A stretch of DNA of 35,824 nt from a virus (Duplodnaviria; Caudoviricetes). Made by a program: the position numbers and the translations under genes. Location of the stretch: positions 1 to 35,824 of IMG/VR virus record IMGVR_UViG_3300025849_000101. One strand, given 5' to 3'. Shown here one piece after another: positions 34,684 through 35,824 of this stretch (within the stretch, counting starts at the first letter, position 1; every line of letters begins with the position of its first letter). Under the pieces are notes generated by a model that was given only the letters and a program-made list of their open reading frames with translations, searched no databases and had not been told where the DNA came from.

Positions 34684-34819
34684 GGCTGTAATTTTTATTG
34701 CAATTGGTGCTGTGGGTGCATATCTTTATATGAATCCAGGTGATGTAGACGGAGCAACACAAATGCTCAAGCAAGGCATCAATCAAGGTGCGACTGTGAT
34801 CCAAGAGGCAACACAATGA
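34676..34819 (+). CDS. small membrane-anchored protein (47 aa)
   Basis: MIKAVIFIAIGAVGAYLY...; GAGG SD. Confidence 0.65.
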   Translation: MIKAVIFIAIGAVGAYLYMNPGDVDGATQMLKQGINQGATVIQEATQ

Positions 34820-35082
34820 TTGACATTACAGAAATTACCCCAGGCGCGAGCTATGCCTGCAAGTTTAAGACTCGAACCATGTTGGACAGTCTAGGTCGTC
34901 CAGCACCTAATCTAAGTGACACTCCTCTCGGAGGCGAAGGTGAGTATGAGGGCTTTGGTGTTCTCAAACAGAGAGACCTTGAAAAACGTCTTGTGGTAGT
35001 ATATGACGAATCTAGCAGCAGAGATTTCATTGTGAGCTTTGACGACATTTGGGACGTTGACACAGTGGAATGGGTTGACTAA
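34816..35082 (+). CDS. hypothetical protein
   Basis: ATGA coupling. Confidence 0.7.
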   Translation: MIDITEITPGASYACKFKTRTMLDSLGRPAPNLSDTPLGGEGEYEGFGVLKQRDLEKRLVVVYDESSSRDFIVSFDDIWDVDTVEWVD

Positions 35083-35092
35083 ATACTACGCG

Positions 35093-35407
35093 ATGGACAA
35101 AGATGAAATCCCCCTAGACCCCGAAGAAATACCCCTCTACTCAGTAGATGATGCAACTCTTGAACTCATAGAAGTAGCTCTCAACTGTATGGTAACTCTG
35201 AGCGAGAGTCAACTACACGAAGATGCTAGAGAGAACCTAGTAACAATCGCAGATGAAATAGCACTGAGATTTGGTATTAGTGCGGGTGTTATTGAAACAA
35301 CCACAGAAGATGATGGTGAAACAATACTACGTCCCAGAGGCGGTATTTTCAACGACGAAGATGATGAGGATAATAACCCAAGTAAACTGGGTCCAAGCCT
35401 CAATTAA
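35093..35407 (+). CDS. acidic hypothetical protein
   Basis: Start MDKDEI after CTAAATA. Confidence 0.65.
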   Translation: MDKDEIPLDPEEIPLYSVDDATLELIEVALNCMVTLSESQLHEDARENLVTIADEIALRFGISAGVIETTTEDDGETILRPRGGIFNDEDDEDNNPSKLGPSLN

Positions 35408-35438
35408 ATACTCTACGCAAACTCAGTAGAGGACTATA

Positions 35439-35624
35439 ATGATTACACTGTATAGAATATATGATCACACAACCAAGAACACTCTAGCAAATGCTCTTGA
35501 CGAAGAACAAGCCAACCAGGTACTTCACTTCTTACAACTGGAGTATCCACACAACGAACTTGTAATAGAAAGCTATAGTCATTCCTCAGTAAAGGGCATG
35601 GGTAGAGATCCCGACTTACACTAA
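35439..35624 (+). CDS. hypothetical protein
   Basis: GAGG SD. Confidence 0.65.
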   Translation: MITLYRIYDHTTKNTLANALDEEQANQVLHFLQLEYPHNELVIESYSHSSVKGMGRDPDLH

Positions 35625-35824
35625 ACCTTAGATGAATAAACAACAAATTATAAACAAACTCAAAGATTGCACACTAGATGCAACAGAACGCGAAAGTCTC
35701 AATCAACACCTACATTACCTAACTGTAGAGGGTATAAAGCCCACAAGCGCGAAGCGTCCACGCAAAAAAAAGAACACACACGTTCGCAAAAATTTTAAGC
35801 GTGACTAGAAACTAGACTACACTG

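Noticed and set aside
272-35646. Many 60-150 aa ORFs antisense to, or nested in, well-supported genes (e.g. 680..1018, 2696..3064, 10855..11301, 15714..16082)
   Set aside because: Shadow ORFs of strongly biased coding strands; no SD or recognisable motifs
1-35824. Alternative genetic code (stop-codon reassignment)
   Set aside because: Long conserved genes are intact in code 11 and TAA, TAG and TGA are all used as stops

Overview
A 35.8 kb segment of a large, AT-rich T4-superfamily-like myophage genome. The host is most likely a marine alphaproteobacterium (Rhodobacterales-like), judged from a two-piece permuted tmRNA, a Shemin-pathway 5-aminolevulinate synthase, a Rhodobacter-type porin and DUF1127 proteins. 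Positions 1-30.1 kb are mostly minus-strand middle/late genes, many preceded by a TAAATA late-promoter core. They include a porin, tmRNA, Hc1-like protein, glutaredoxin, nrdB/nrdA, a virion fibre-like protein, HNH endonucleases, a PD-(D/E)XK exonuclease, putative internal head proteins, a ligase-like plus nucleotidyltransferase pair, lipase, PAAR, a PiT-like permease, hemA-ybaN, YqgE/AlgH and two peptidoglycan hydrolases. From about 30.15 kb there is a plus-strand early region of small ORFs behind repeated sigma70-type promoters. The most notable unannotated signals are: (1) a 41-codon ORF with its own SD inside the stem-closed intervening segment of the permuted tmRNA; (2) a probable programmed -1 frameshift (A_AAA_AAG, stop, 8-bp hairpin) that fuses a core/scaffold-like head protein to the next ORF, with a second identical A9 site 57 nt upstream; (3) T4-like capsid-targeting N-termini on many late proteins, including an RNA-ligase-like/nucleotidyltransferase pair; (4) a translationally coupled DUF1127 micro-protein operon with structured leaders; (5) an ArfA-like small protein. 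All product calls come from motif recognition by eye, and no database searches were run.
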